From Candidatus Zixiibacteriota bacterium (GTDB taxonomy: Bacteria; RBG-13-66-14; B26-G2; WVWN01): 64,000 nt of DNA. Of this stretch, positions 37,875-48,090 are shown one piece after another. Within the stretch, counting starts at the first letter, position 1. The number at the start of each line of letters is the position of its first letter. Location of the stretch: NCBI GenBank assembly GCA_050117845.1, contig JASFLY010000012.1:12975-76974 (forward strand), read 5' to 3'. Made by a program: the position numbers and the translations under genes. Under the pieces are notes generated by a model. That model was not told the DNA's origin, did not search any database, and worked only from the letters and a program-made list of their open reading frames with translations.

Positions 37875-38849
37875 TTAAAAGTTAAAAGACACCGAAGCCC
37901 GGTGGCTGCTCTCGAGGCCGGTGTCGGACAGGTACGCGTAATCGACGCCCATTCCCACGCCGAGCGCCCGGACCGTCACGCCGGCGCCCCCGGCGAGCGC
38001 GCTCCGCTCGCTGCCGAGCCGCACGGCGACCGTCCGGCGATACCACCATTCCGCTCCGCCGCTGAAGTCGAAGCTGGCGTCCCCGGCGGCGACGTGCGCG
38101 GCTTCGCCGTAGCCCGCGAACTTGACGTCGGTACCGGCCGCGAACGTGAACTCGCTGTCCCAGTCGGCGACCGGTAGGGAGTACGACGCGCCCAGTTTCA
38201 GGTTGGTCGGTATGGTCTCCTCGGTCCCGGTGTCCCAACTGAGCGCCGAGAAGACGTTCTGGGCGTTAAGGCCGACGCGGAACGGCCCGAAGGGCCCGGC
38301 CAAAGCGCCCACATCGAACGAGTATCCGGACGACCCGGCGTCGTCGAACTCGTGGTCGCCCATGATGTAAATGGCGTTAGCGCCGACGGACAACCACGGC
38401 AACAGCGGCCGGCCGTAGGAGCCGTAGAACGCGTAGTCGGCCCAGTTGAAGTAGCCCTTGAACACGGGCCGGGAAGTCGGGTCTCCCGGGATCTCCCGGA
38501 CCGACCACTTGATGTCGTCGACCCCCAGGCGGAGCATGCCGCCGCCCACGGTTCCGGCGTTTCCGAGATTATAGGCGCCGAATACGGTGTCGTAGGTCGC
38601 GAGGCCGTTGAAGGTGTAGGAATGCATGGCCGAGAAGGCCCCCCGCTCCACCGCCGGCATCCCCGCCGGATTCCAGTAGGGGGCCGTCGCGTCGTCGGCC
38701 ACGGCGACAAACGCGCCGCCCATCCCCAGCGCCCGGGCCCCGGCGCCGTACGTCATCCAATCGGCGGAGTACTTGTCGGCGGCGCCCGCGGCCGCCACGG
38801 CCATCCCGATTATTATCGCTATGAGCAGTCTTCTCATATCGCCCGCCAT
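37875..38849 (-). CDS. PorV/PorQ (FadL-like) beta-barrel family protein
   Basis: GARALGMGGAFVAVADDATAPYWNPAG, DYAY, SHRAS..F C-terminus. Confidence 0.82.
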   Translation of the reverse strand: MAGDMRRLLIAIIIGMAVAAAGAADKYSADWMTYGAGARALGMGGAFVAVADDATAPYWNPAGMPAVERGAFSAMHSYTFNGLATYDTVFGAYNLGNAGTVGGGMLRLGVDDIKWSVREIPGDPTSRPVFKGYFNWADYAFYGSYGRPLLPWLSVGANAIYIMGDHEFDDAGSSGYSFDVGALAGPFGPFRVGLNAQNVFSALSWDTGTEETIPTNLKLGASYSLPVADWDSEFTFAAGTDVKFAGYGEAAHVAAGDASFDFSGGAEWWYRRTVAVRLGSERSALAGGAGVTVRALGVGMGVDYAYLSDTGLESSHRASVSFNF

Positions 38850-38850
38850 T

Positions 38851-41800
38851 TTATCTCAGTTTGACCAGCTTCTCCCGGGCGACGATCTTCTGGTCGCCGG
38901 CCCGGGCGATGATTTTATAGAAATATACGCCGTTGGCGATGGCGTCGCCCTCGCGGTCGCGGCCATCCCAGTATATCTGGTGATAGCCAGCCGGGATGCC
39001 GCCGGCCTCGATTTTTTGAATCAAGCGGCCGGTGGCGGTATAAATTTTCACGACCAGGCTGTCGACGTCCGTCGACGTGACGAGCGTGAAGTACGTATCG
39101 TCGGCGAAGGGGTTGGGGCAATTCATAACCTCGGTGAGCGCCAATGAGCCGCTCACGACGCAATTGACGGTGCGCTCGGTTCGGTTGCCCAGGCCGTCGT
39201 GGGCGGTGACGGTGATGCGGTGGTTGCCCTCGCCCAGGGCCAATTTCTTCGTTACGCTCCCCGCGCGGTAGTCGCCCTCTTCGGGTTTATAATAATAAGT
39301 CAGGTCCAGAGGCGCTTCCTGGTCAACCGTAACGTAGAGCGGTACGTACGTCGTTTCGCCCGGCGCAATGGCCTCCAGGTTCCGGGCAACGAGGACGCCG
39401 CTGTCGTCCCGCAGATCGACAAGGAGTTCCGGCGTCGGGCCGGTGGCGTCGCCGCTGCGGAAAGAGTAATCTTCCAGGTAAATATCGACGTCGGGGCCCG
39501 CGACGTCACTCGAGTTGACCTCGCCGGAGACGTTTATCGTTACCGATTCGTTGCACACGTAGGTTTGGCGGAAGCCGTTCCCGTACGCGACCGCTTTTAT
39601 GTACGCCACGCCGTCCTCGGCTACGTCCTCGAGCGAGGAATCCGTGTAGGGCGTCGCCACTCCGGCCGGGGGAGCGGCCGGCCTTCCCTCGGCGTCGGTC
39701 GCGGCCTCAGCCGAATCCGTCGCCGCCGCGGCGGTAGTCACCGGTACGCTATCGACTTCCTCCGGCACCGGGTTCTCGGGGACGACCGGCACGACGACCG
39801 TCGCCTCGAAGCGGCCGTTAACAACCTCCACCTCGGTTGAAGACAACAACCGGTCCCGGTATACGTCGTAAGAATTGTCGTAGCTGTAAAAATACCAGGG
39901 CCGGTCGAAGAGCGAGACCGTCGCCTTTCCGTTAAAATTATTCGGGACGGTGCCCGAGACGCGGAAGGTCCCTCCCCGAGCCACGGTATTGCGGTTGGGC
40001 GTCAATACGAGGCCGGGCCGCGGTATAGCCAGCGTCATGGACGGGTCGCCGAGGAGGGTAAACATCCGGGTAATGGTATCGTCGGCCGCTTCCACTTTCC
40101 CGACGAAATGGGCTTCCCCCACCGTTACGCCGGCGTTCCGTAGCGCCTGATTCGGGAAAAGGTGACCGTAAAAGCCTTCCAGGAATTTTTTCTGGCCGCC
40201 CTCGGTCCCCAGTCGCGTCGACCCCATCGAGGCGACGGCGGCGGTCCGGGGTTGTTGCAACAGGTACTCGCTGATGCTCTGGCCGTAGTCGAGGGGGTTG
40301 GTTTCTATAACCCCCACCCACTGATCGAAATAACAGGTGGAGCAGGAACATTGGATAACGACCGGGAGGAAGGTATAATTCTCGAGGTAGTAGATATCGT
40401 CGATCGGCGGTTTATTTTTATGGTGGACCAGTAAGTCCTCGTGGGCCCAGACCTGGGGGCCGCCGTGGCCGGCGAAATGGACGATGAGTGCGTCGAAACT
40501 TCTGCGCAAGTCCGGCCTCAAGTAATCGTCAACGTGTTTTTTCCTTACACCGCGGTCTAGTTCGTCGAAATATTTCTTTTCGAACGTATCGTGATTAAAA
40601 CGCCGGTTCAGCCATTCGATATTTAACTTACGGGCCTCGTAGCCTTGGGGTACGAAGTCGGCCTCGAGTTCCTCGTTATCGCGCGTGAAGAACCCGCCGC
40701 CTCCCCCTGACGAAACCTTATCGTCGTTATCGGCGCAGAGGACGACCCGGCTGTTCCACGGGCCGTTGACAGCGTCCCGCCGGTAGCCGACGATTTTATC
40801 CACGATGGCGTCTATATTCTCCTCGAAGGGAGCCGACAGGCGGCCGACGGCGAGGTCGGGGGCCTCGCTCTCGCTCATGGAGACGAAGACATTATCGGAC
40901 GCGGCCCGGCCGCTGGACGAGGACCTTACGTAATAGGTCGGGACCAGATTGCGGCCGTACTCCCGCCACAACTTCTTGCCCACGAAGCGGCGGAGGTTAT
41001 CGCGATGGTCGGTAAACGCGTCGCCCACCAGCAGGAGGTGATCGGGCAAGGTCCCGCCGGGGCGGTATATGGCTTTGCGGTAATAGTCCTTTACGATATG
41101 GCGTACCGCCCCCGGGTCGTAGAGGCCCCAGGAATACTCGTCGTAGACGTCGGATACGCGGGCCACGACGACGTTGAGGCCCTCGGCCCGGCGCTGGTTG
41201 ACGAGCGGCATAACGTTGTCGTAAAAACCGTCGTACACGACGACGATCATGTCGACGTTTTCGTCGACGTCGCGTAACCGGGAACCCGCGTCGAGGTAGT
41301 AATCCACCGGCTTACGGTTGGCCACGGTCGACGTCGCCGCGACGTAGAAGCGCCGGCCGGAAGGTATGTTATCGGTGAAGCGTAGGGTGTACTCGTTCCC
41401 CTCGGCCTGAACGTCGAACGCCGTCAGGCGGCGGCCACGGGTTACGTCGTACAGCACCAGGTCGTCGGTCGTGAATCCCTTCACCTCGAACAGGATATCG
41501 CCGCTGTGCTCGGGGAGATTCGAGAAACGAATATAATTCTCGTCGGCCCGCAGGTACCGCGGGTACTCGAACTCGAAGTGGTCGAGCGCGATGACGCTCC
41601 GCTCTCCCGTCGGGTCCTTTTCTTCGAAGTACACGCGGTTCTGGCCGTTTAGGAGTAACCGTGTCGCGAAGGTTCCGCGGAGGAAAGTTTCCGGACGGGC
41701 CGAGTAGTCTTCCGCCTTGAATATTTCGCGTTCGGGGGTACCGTAGTTTAGATATATAAACGTATTATGGGGGCCGTTCAACGTGCCGTAACCCTTCTCC

Positions 41801-43284
41801 TCCCGTACCATCATCTGGAAATGAGTCGGGGGGGCGTTCGAAGTCGACACCGGGTCGGGCACCGAGAACGGCGCCAGCGCCGAAGGGCCGTACGGAGCGT
41901 TGAAGGTCCGCCAGTACCAGAATTCGTCGTCCATGTCGTATTCGGTCTCGCCCTCCGCTTTGTCCTGGTTGTCCTCCTCCACGCGGATGCGATGCCAGAA
42001 ATACGTGGGCCTCGTCCCGCCGGCCGGGGGTACGGCGAGGTCGGTCATCCTTTTCCCGGGGTCGTCGCCGGCGACCAACCAGTATACGTTGTAGCGCGTG
42101 AAGCGGTCTTTCGAAAACTCGAAGGAGCCGTTCTCGTTCGGCGTTACGGCCTTGAAGAAGTCGCAGCCGTGGCCGAAGAACTCCACGTAGTCGCCGGCGT
42201 CAAAACGGCCGTCGCCCTCGCCCGCCACGTATAACGGGATTTCGGTCAGGCCGTCGGGTTCGTAAAAGAAATCGCGGGGGAGACTCTGGGCCGGGCCTGT
42301 GTAGAGGCGGAGGTTGCGGGGGTCCCAAGTGGACACCGGGTATCCCGCCCGGTCGAGTTCCTCGTAAGTTAACCGGTACAGCCCCTCTTTTTCGACTACG
42401 ATTTTCATGGCCGCCTTATCGGCGAAGTCCGTGGGCCATATCCCGGCGTCGAGGGCGGGCGCAAGGCCGCCGGCGAAAGGCCAGGCCGCCGCGTCTTCCC
42501 AGTTGACCACGATGGAAGGAATGGTGCGAGAGAATATACCCTCTTCGGCCGGCCGGGCCGGGTAACGCGTGTTGGCGCGGCGAACGCCGCCGGCGAAGGA
42601 AACGCGCACCACGACGCTTTTGGCCACCTTGAGCGTCGCCGTCTTGGCGTCGTACTGATAGGGCATTACCGCCACCGACAGCAAGCGGTATCCCCGGACA
42701 ATGTCCTGTCCCGCGAGTTCGGCGAAACGACTCGGGTAAACGCCGTCGCGATAGGACTGGGCGTCGAATTCGAAAACTTCGCGGAGCTGCTGTTCGCCGT
42801 GGCGCTCCTCGGCCTCGAGCCGGGGTCGCGGGCACAGCTTGACGCCCGTCATTACGTCGTACGAGACGCGCTCCACCGTTACGGAAACGTCCGCCTCGGG
42901 CGGCGCCGCGACACGGACGTGCCGCGCCAGCAGTTCGGGCCCGCCGACTGCGCCGGCCGAACCGTAACGGCTTAAATGGAAGCGGTCGTAGGTCCGCCCG
43001 TCGATCTCGACCTCGTCCCGGTCGAGTTCCGGTATTTTTACCTCGAAGGTACAGCCGTTTTCGCCCGACGAGAGAAGGACGACCTCGTTCTCGTCGGAAT
43101 CTTTATCTCCGGAGGCCGGGTCACCGATTGCCACGGCGGGGGGTACCGTTCCCCCGTCGTCGGCGTCCCCCGTCGGATAACTTACGGCCCCGGTCGGGGG
43201 CGCCCATGCCGTAGAGCCGGGCGGCCCCGCGGCCCACGCTCCGCCAACCATACCTATTAAGAGGATAACGGCGCTTTTTCTCAT
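38851..43284 (-). CDS. PorU-like C25 (gingipain-family) peptidase with propeptide and T9SS CTD
   Basis: Propeptide_C25-like N-region, G.Y.L, FAGHGG and CSCSTC His/Cys dyad, LLGDP, D..GP, CTD NCPNPF...IYTATGRLI...WDGRD...ANGVYFY. Confidence 0.85.
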   Translation of the reverse strand: MRKSAVILLIGMVGGAWAAGPPGSTAWAPPTGAVSYPTGDADDGGTVPPAVAIGDPASGDKDSDENEVVLLSSGENGCTFEVKIPELDRDEVEIDGRTYDRFHLSRYGSAGAVGGPELLARHVRVAAPPEADVSVTVERVSYDVMTGVKLCPRPRLEAEERHGEQQLREVFEFDAQSYRDGVYPSRFAELAGQDIVRGYRLLSVAVMPYQYDAKTATLKVAKSVVVRVSFAGGVRRANTRYPARPAEEGIFSRTIPSIVVNWEDAAAWPFAGGLAPALDAGIWPTDFADKAAMKIVVEKEGLYRLTYEELDRAGYPVSTWDPRNLRLYTGPAQSLPRDFFYEPDGLTEIPLYVAGEGDGRFDAGDYVEFFGHGCDFFKAVTPNENGSFEFSKDRFTRYNVYWLVAGDDPGKRMTDLAVPPAGGTRPTYFWHRIRVEEDNQDKAEGETEYDMDDEFWYWRTFNAPYGPSALAPFSVPDPVSTSNAPPTHFQMMVREEKGYGTLNGPHNTFIYLNYGTPEREIFKAEDYSARPETFLRGTFATRLLLNGQNRVYFEEKDPTGERSVIALDHFEFEYPRYLRADENYIRFSNLPEHSGDILFEVKGFTTDDLVLYDVTRGRRLTAFDVQAEGNEYTLRFTDNIPSGRRFYVAATSTVANRKPVDYYLDAGSRLRDVDENVDMIVVVYDGFYDNVMPLVNQRRAEGLNVVVARVSDVYDEYSWGLYDPGAVRHIVKDYYRKAIYRPGGTLPDHLLLVGDAFTDHRDNLRRFVGKKLWREYGRNLVPTYYVRSSSSGRAASDNVFVSMSESEAPDLAVGRLSAPFEENIDAIVDKIVGYRRDAVNGPWNSRVVLCADNDDKVSSGGGGGFFTRDNEELEADFVPQGYEARKLNIEWLNRRFNHDTFEKKYFDELDRGVRKKHVDDYLRPDLRRSFDALIVHFAGHGGPQVWAHEDLLVHHKNKPPIDDIYYLENYTFLPVVIQCSCSTCYFDQWVGVIETNPLDYGQSISEYLLQQPRTAAVASMGSTRLGTEGGQKKFLEGFYGHLFPNQALRNAGVTVGEAHFVGKVEAADDTITRMFTLLGDPSMTLAIPRPGLVLTPNRNTVARGGTFRVSGTVPNNFNGKATVSLFDRPWYFYSYDNSYDVYRDRLLSSTEVEVVNGRFEATVVVPVVPENPVPEEVDSVPVTTAAAATDSAEAATDAEGRPAAPPAGVATPYTDSSLEDVAEDGVAYIKAVAYGNGFRQTYVCNESVTINVSGEVNSSDVAGPDVDIYLEDYSFRSGDATGPTPELLVDLRDDSGVLVARNLEAIAPGETTYVPLYVTVDQEAPLDLTYYYKPEEGDYRAGSVTKKLALGEGNHRITVTAHDGLGNRTERTVNCVVSGSLALTEVMNCPNPFADDTYFTLVTSTDVDSLVVKIYTATGRLIQKIEAGGIPAGYHQIYWDGRDREGDAIANGVYFYKIIARAGDQKIVAREKLVKLR

Positions 43285-43364
43285 ATTACCTCGCAATGCG
43301 ATTATCGTTCCCTTATATCCGCGAAAACTAGCATACCGGAAGTAAAATCGCAAGGCAAATTGCT

Positions 43365-44708
43365 TTACTTTAAAACGCTTTTCAGAAATTCTGCCAAAAC
43401 CGCAACCTGCGTACGCCTATTATATGTATCAATTACTCCAGCCTTCGTTTCATATTCTTTTACGCCCCCGGCCGCGGCCGAGAAGCGAGCCATAAACCCG
43501 TCGGCCACGGCGGCCGGGTTATCCGGCGCGACGACCGTCGCCCCCTCCGTCGTCCCGGATATTATATCGGCGGCCTCGCCCGGCGGAATCGCGGCCAGGA
43601 TAGGCCGGCCGGCCCCGAGGTACTCGTAGAGTTTACCCGGCACGAGCGACGCCCCTTCCTCCCGCGACATAGCGAGTACCAGAAGGTCGGCGCCGAGGCA
43701 GGCCCGCATCGCGTCGGCGTGGCGGACGTAGCCGGTCGAGAATACGACGTCCGCCAGGCCCAGCTCCTCGGCCAGCGCCAGGTCGTCAGAACGGTTGATG
43801 CCCAGCAGATACAGCCGGGCCCGGGCGGCGAACTCGGGACTGCGGGCCCGCGCTCCGGCTAAACCTTCCAGTATCGCCCGGGCTCGCCGGCCGCCGCGGA
43901 ACGAGCCGTTATGGACCATGACGTAATCGTCGGCGTGCGCGGCCGGCAGCGGTTCGCCGAAGTCGGCAGGGTCGAAGCCGTTGCGGAGGACGAGGAGGGA
44001 CAGCGGGCGGCCGGCCAGAGACTCCATCGCCGGGGCCATCCCCTCCGTATTGGCGATAACGCCGTCGGCCCGGCGGAGTACCCATTTCTCGAGCAATTTG
44101 TTTACCCAACGATGGTAAGCGAAGAGGCGGCGCCGGAGGTGGTGGCGACTCCAGGCGTCGCGGAAGTCCGCGACCCACCGGCAGCCCGTCATCAACTTCA
44201 GGGCGAGGCCCACCAGGTGGCAGGACTCCGGCGGCGACGTCGTCAGGACGACGTCGAAGCGCCGGCGCCGCAGAAGCCGTATCGCCCGGGCCAAGGCGAA
44301 GGGGACCCAGCCTACTTGCGTATCGGGCAAAAACAGGTGATCCGTCAGCGTTTTATAGAGGCGGCCGGCGGTCGACGCCGGCCGGGCGGCGTTTCCGGCG
44401 GCCCGGCGCTCGAGGTCGGCGAAACTTTCGGGAGGCGACGGGAGGGGCGGCGGCCGCCATCCCAGAAGCCAGTTCAGCCGCAGCGGCTCCAGGCTCCCCG
44501 GCCGGTGTACCGGCACGTCGGGGATTTCGTCGAGGAGGGAGGGGTCGTAGGCGTGGTACCGGATATCCCGGACCGTCAGGACCTCGACCTCCCAACCGAA
44601 TTCCCGCAGATAGCGGGCGAACTTGACGGGGCGGTGGACGCCGCCGCTGCCCGTGGGCGGGAAGTTGTGGGAGACGAGAAGGACGCGTTTTTTAGCGGCC
44701 GGCGACAT
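43365..44708 (-). CDS. Glycosyltransferase family 4
   Basis: NFPP.GSGGVHR..KF, TTSPP, DFRDAW, NGFD, PGKLYEYL; ATG 44708 chosen. Confidence 0.88.
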   Translation of the reverse strand: MSPAAKKRVLLVSHNFPPTGSGGVHRPVKFARYLREFGWEVEVLTVRDIRYHAYDPSLLDEIPDVPVHRPGSLEPLRLNWLLGWRPPPLPSPPESFADLERRAAGNAARPASTAGRLYKTLTDHLFLPDTQVGWVPFALARAIRLLRRRRFDVVLTTSPPESCHLVGLALKLMTGCRWVADFRDAWSRHHLRRRLFAYHRWVNKLLEKWVLRRADGVIANTEGMAPAMESLAGRPLSLLVLRNGFDPADFGEPLPAAHADDYVMVHNGSFRGGRRARAILEGLAGARARSPEFAARARLYLLGINRSDDLALAEELGLADVVFSTGYVRHADAMRACLGADLLVLAMSREEGASLVPGKLYEYLGAGRPILAAIPPGEAADIISGTTEGATVVAPDNPAAVADGFMARFSAAAGGVKEYETKAGVIDTYNRRTQVAVLAEFLKSVLK

Positions 44709-45972
44709 CGTCGAATAGCGCGGCCAGCTCGCCGGTGAGGCGGCGCCGCTCGAAGCGTTCGACCCCGGCGGCGGGGGGAGGCGCCGCCGCGGAAGTCGGC
44801 CGGTCGTCGTACAGTTCCGCCAGCGCGGCCTGAGCGGCCGCCACGTCATCGGGGGCGACAATGCGGCCGGCGTCGAACTCGCGCACGAGCGCGGCGGCCT
44901 CGCCGTCCGGCGGGACCAGCGCCAGTATGGGCCGGCCGGCCCGGAGGTACTCGAATATCTTGCCGGTGAGGGTGGCCCCGGCGCCGGGGCGGGAGCCAAT
45001 GACCAGCAGGTTGGCGTCGGCGGAGCGCATAACGTCCACGGCGTGGCCGTGGCCGGCGGCGCCCTCGGCGCTTATCGCTACGCCGTAGGTCTCGGCCCGG
45101 CCGGTCAGGGCCTTGCCAATGGGGCCTACCAGGCGGACGCGGAAATCTTCGGGCCCCAGGTTCCGGCTCGCGACGAAGTCCCCGGCGGCGGCGAGAAAGG
45201 TCCAGGGCATCCGGCCGCCGTAGAACTGGCCCGTGTAGGACACCGTGAACGGCCCGGGGGACGCGGGGACGTCGCCCGCGAAGTCGGCCTCGTCGTAGCC
45301 GTTGGGGATGAAGGCCACGGGGCGGCCGGCGGGCAGGCGGCCGCGGTAGGTCTCGGCCATGCCGGCGGTGACGGCGACGGCGGCGGCGGCGCGTTCCAGC
45401 ACCGCGGCCTCGGCCCGCGGCGTCCGCCAGCGGTGGTAGGGGGTAGGCGGCCGGTCGAAGGGATTGCCGGCCCAGGCGTCGCGGTAGTCGAGGACGAGCG
45501 GCAGGCCCGTCTCCCGGGCGAGGCGTTCGCCCACGAGGTGCGACGTGTAGGGCGGCGCCGTCGAGAAGATGAGCCGTACGTCGAACTCGTCGAGCAGATT
45601 ACGGGCCTCGTCGTACGCGGGGCCGGCGAAAGGCGCGTAGAGGTCGGGAAAGGAGAGCACCCTTCGGAACTCGCGGGAGAGACGCCGGCCGGCCCGGGCC
45701 AAAAAACGCCGGGACCCCGGGGCCGGGACGGAGGCGTCGTCGCGGGCGCGGCCTCGGCCCCAGAAGCGCCGCGGCGCGGCCCGCCGCACGACCGTATCGG
45801 CCGGGACCTCGGCCAGGAGCTGTTCGTCGTAGAGGTGATACCGGGCGGCCCCGGCCACTACCAGCGGCCGCCAGCCGAACGCCGGCAGGTACTTCACGAA
45901 CTTGAGCGCGCGCAGAACGGCGCCGCCGCCCATGGGCGGGAAGAAGTACGAGAGGAATAGGACGTCGCGCAT
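44692..45972 (-). CDS. Glycosyltransferase family 4 (paralog)
   Basis: YFFPPMGGGAV.R..KF, STAPP, DYRDAW, PNGYD, GKIFEYL; ATG 45972 chosen. Confidence 0.88.
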   Translation of the reverse strand: MRDVLFLSYFFPPMGGGAVLRALKFVKYLPAFGWRPLVVAGAARYHLYDEQLLAEVPADTVVRRAAPRRFWGRGRARDDASVPAPGSRRFLARAGRRLSREFRRVLSFPDLYAPFAGPAYDEARNLLDEFDVRLIFSTAPPYTSHLVGERLARETGLPLVLDYRDAWAGNPFDRPPTPYHRWRTPRAEAAVLERAAAAVAVTAGMAETYRGRLPAGRPVAFIPNGYDEADFAGDVPASPGPFTVSYTGQFYGGRMPWTFLAAAGDFVASRNLGPEDFRVRLVGPIGKALTGRAETYGVAISAEGAAGHGHAVDVMRSADANLLVIGSRPGAGATLTGKIFEYLRAGRPILALVPPDGEAAALVREFDAGRIVAPDDVAAAQAALAELYDDRPTSAAAPPPAAGVERFERRRLTGELAALFDDVAGR

Positions 45973-46026
45973 AAGGATAAAGGCCGGCGTCGTCCGGCCG
46001 GGGCGTTCCGGGTCCACGGGCGAGTA

Positions 46027-46809
46027 TTAGCGGCCTTCAGGTTCGACGACGTGGTACGACTTCAATTGCGCCAGAAAGGTATACCGGGCCCCGTTGGGGA
46101 CGTATATCTCGTCGCCGGTGTACTGGACGAACCCCTTATTGGGTTTGAACCAGCCGTATTGCACGTAACTCATCTCGGCGTCGCCGCCGGAGGTCATGTG
46201 GAACGTGGCGTAGATGGTCCGGCGTATCTTGTAGCAACTCTCGAACGTCCCCATGGGTATCGTGAGGTCTTCTTTCGTAACGACGTTTCTTATTATCTCT
46301 ACGTCGACGTTGTCTTCCCGGCCGTCGTTGTCCACGTCCGCCGAAAGGCCCAGGCAGAGCGGCGACATGCGGTCCTGTTTCGCCTCGGCCCAACTGCGGT
46401 TGACGCGCAACGGGTAGACCAGGTAGCGCCACGCCGGGTCGTAATACACGGCGTCCACCAGGCGCCCGGAGAAGTAGAACTCGCGGCCCGGCATCGCGAC
46501 GCCGCTCTCCTCGTCATCCGCCAGGAAGAGAATTTCGTAATCCTCGGCGCCAGGAGCCAGCCGCACGAGGCGCCCGGCGAGGTGGCCGCCCACGACGACC
46601 TCGCCGTCGAAGGTTTCGGTGTATTCGGTTGCGATACCGGTGGGAACGTTATTGAAGTACTGCTGGTAGGAATAGGTCCAGGTGGAACCGTCGCCGTTGG
46701 GGTAGTACAGCGGGTCCCCCCCGTCGCCTACCGTCGGCGCGTCGCCGACGTTGCTGCAGGCAACGGCGAACAACAGCGCCGCGGCCGCGATAAAGAGTAC
46801 TGCCCTCAT
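46027..46809 (-). CDS. Hypothetical lipoprotein
   Basis: AVAC lipobox; YYP...GSTWTY, E..T.P.GTF..C, DVDNDG Ca-binding-like loop. Confidence 0.75.
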   Translation of the reverse strand: MRAVLFIAAAALLFAVACSNVGDAPTVGDGGDPLYYPNGDGSTWTYSYQQYFNNVPTGIATEYTETFDGEVVVGGHLAGRLVRLAPGAEDYEILFLADDEESGVAMPGREFYFSGRLVDAVYYDPAWRYLVYPLRVNRSWAEAKQDRMSPLCLGLSADVDNDGREDNVDVEIIRNVVTKEDLTIPMGTFESCYKIRRTIYATFHMTSGGDAEMSYVQYGWFKPNKGFVQYTGDEIYVPNGARYTFLAQLKSYHVVEPEGR

Positions 46810-46840
46810 ATAAGTAATAAGGGCCGTCCGGCCCTCGATT

Positions 46841-46914
46841 CGCGCCCGGAGGGATTCGAACCCCCAACCTACGGATCCGTAGTCCGTTGCTCTATCCAAT
46901 TGAGCCACGGGCGC
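46841..46914 (-). tRNA. tRNA-Arg(ACG)
   Basis: GCGCCCG acceptor, ACGGA-CTACGGA-TCCGT anticodon arm, GTTCGAATCC; CCA not encoded. Confidence 0.95.
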
Positions 46915-46926
46915 ACAAGCGGGCGT

Positions 46927-46956
46927 ATTGTAACAGAAAAAAACGCCCCAAGTCAA
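46927..46956 (-). promoter_or_regulatory. tRNA-Arg promoter
   Basis: TTGACT-17 bp-TACAAT. Confidence 0.7.
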
Positions 46957-46990
46957 GGCGCTTGAATAACGGCGAATCGCGCCGGCCGGT

Positions 46991-47518
46991 TCAGAAAAAA
47001 ACCTGGAACCCGGTCCCCAACATATGGCCGAAGACCGGGCCGTCCCGGTAGGCGGGGAAATAAACGCGACCTTCGTAACCGGCGACCAGCGCCGTCCGCG
47101 GAACGACGAAGAATTTAGCGCCGAACCGGGGTACCAGGCCGACGTCGCCGTCGAAGAACGACGTAGCCCTTACCCATAAGCCGACGTACGGCGACCACTT
47201 GGGGCCGGTATCGAAATGGTAATCCGGGCCGAAACCGATAGCGCCGTACGCGTCCTCGAAACCGTATGTACCCAGATCGACCGAACCGCCCAACCACAAA
47301 CCCCGGGCAACGAAGATACCGATGCCGGGGCCGACGTATAACGCGGTTCCCCCCGATAGGTACCAGGTTCCGGTGTCCAAACTGACGGTAATAGTCCCGC
47401 GCTCCAGGAGTTCGTTGTCGGCACGGGAGACGGCGGGTACGGCCGCGGCGCCCGCGAATACGGCCAACGCGGTATTAACGACGAATACGTATCGGTTACG
47501 AAGCAAAACGAAATCCAT
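46991..47518 (-). CDS. Small outer-membrane beta-barrel protein
   Basis: Signal, ~8 amphipathic strands, SPYVG, GAKFF, C-terminal GFQVFF. Confidence 0.7.
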   Translation of the reverse strand: MDFVLLRNRYVFVVNTALAVFAGAAAVPAVSRADNELLERGTITVSLDTGTWYLSGGTALYVGPGIGIFVARGLWLGGSVDLGTYGFEDAYGAIGFGPDYHFDTGPKWSPYVGLWVRATSFFDGDVGLVPRFGAKFFVVPRTALVAGYEGRVYFPAYRDGPVFGHMLGTGFQVFF

Positions 47519-48076
47519 TTAGAATACTATCTGCAGGCCGAAATCTATGGAAACGTTACTATTGATAGAGGTTTCGCCGCCATACTTAAAAAACGCTGCC
47601 CGATAAATAAGGCCGAAGTAAAACGGCGTTTGAGGCGCTACGAACGCCTTGGCGCCGCCGCCGAATTGCACTACCGGATTGACCTCGTCGTCATAGTCGA
47701 AACCGTACATGGCCCCGGCCATGCCCCGCATATATATCGCCCATCGGGGGCTCACCGGGGCGTCGATTTCCGACCCCAACGCCAACTCGACGTACGTAGC
47801 GCCGTCGCTCCCGTGATCGAAATCATAGTAACCCAAATACTTCACGGCCGTGACGAAAGCGACGTTGTCTGCAAAGAAATACCCGACCTCGGGCGACAAC
47901 GATATCATTGCCGCGTTGCCGTATACGTCCGCGAAGAATAACGGTACCGACGTAGACGCGCCGAAGCCCAAAAAACAGTAACCCGGCGCTAGGCACTCGG
48001 TCCCCGCGCCGGCGACCGCGGCCGTGAACGTCACGGCCGATAATACCGCCATTGATATTTTAATCAAGCGAACCAT
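47519..48076 (-). CDS. Small outer-membrane beta-barrel protein (paralog)
   Basis: Signal, P.VGYF, GGGAKAF, C-terminal GLQIVF. Confidence 0.7.
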   Translation of the reverse strand: MVRLIKISMAVLSAVTFTAAVAGAGTECLAPGYCFLGFGASTSVPLFFADVYGNAAMISLSPEVGYFFADNVAFVTAVKYLGYYDFDHGSDGATYVELALGSEIDAPVSPRWAIYMRGMAGAMYGFDYDDEVNPVVQFGGGAKAFVAPQTPFYFGLIYRAAFFKYGGETSINSNVSIDFGLQIVF

Positions 48077-48090
48077 ATTTCGAAGCCACT

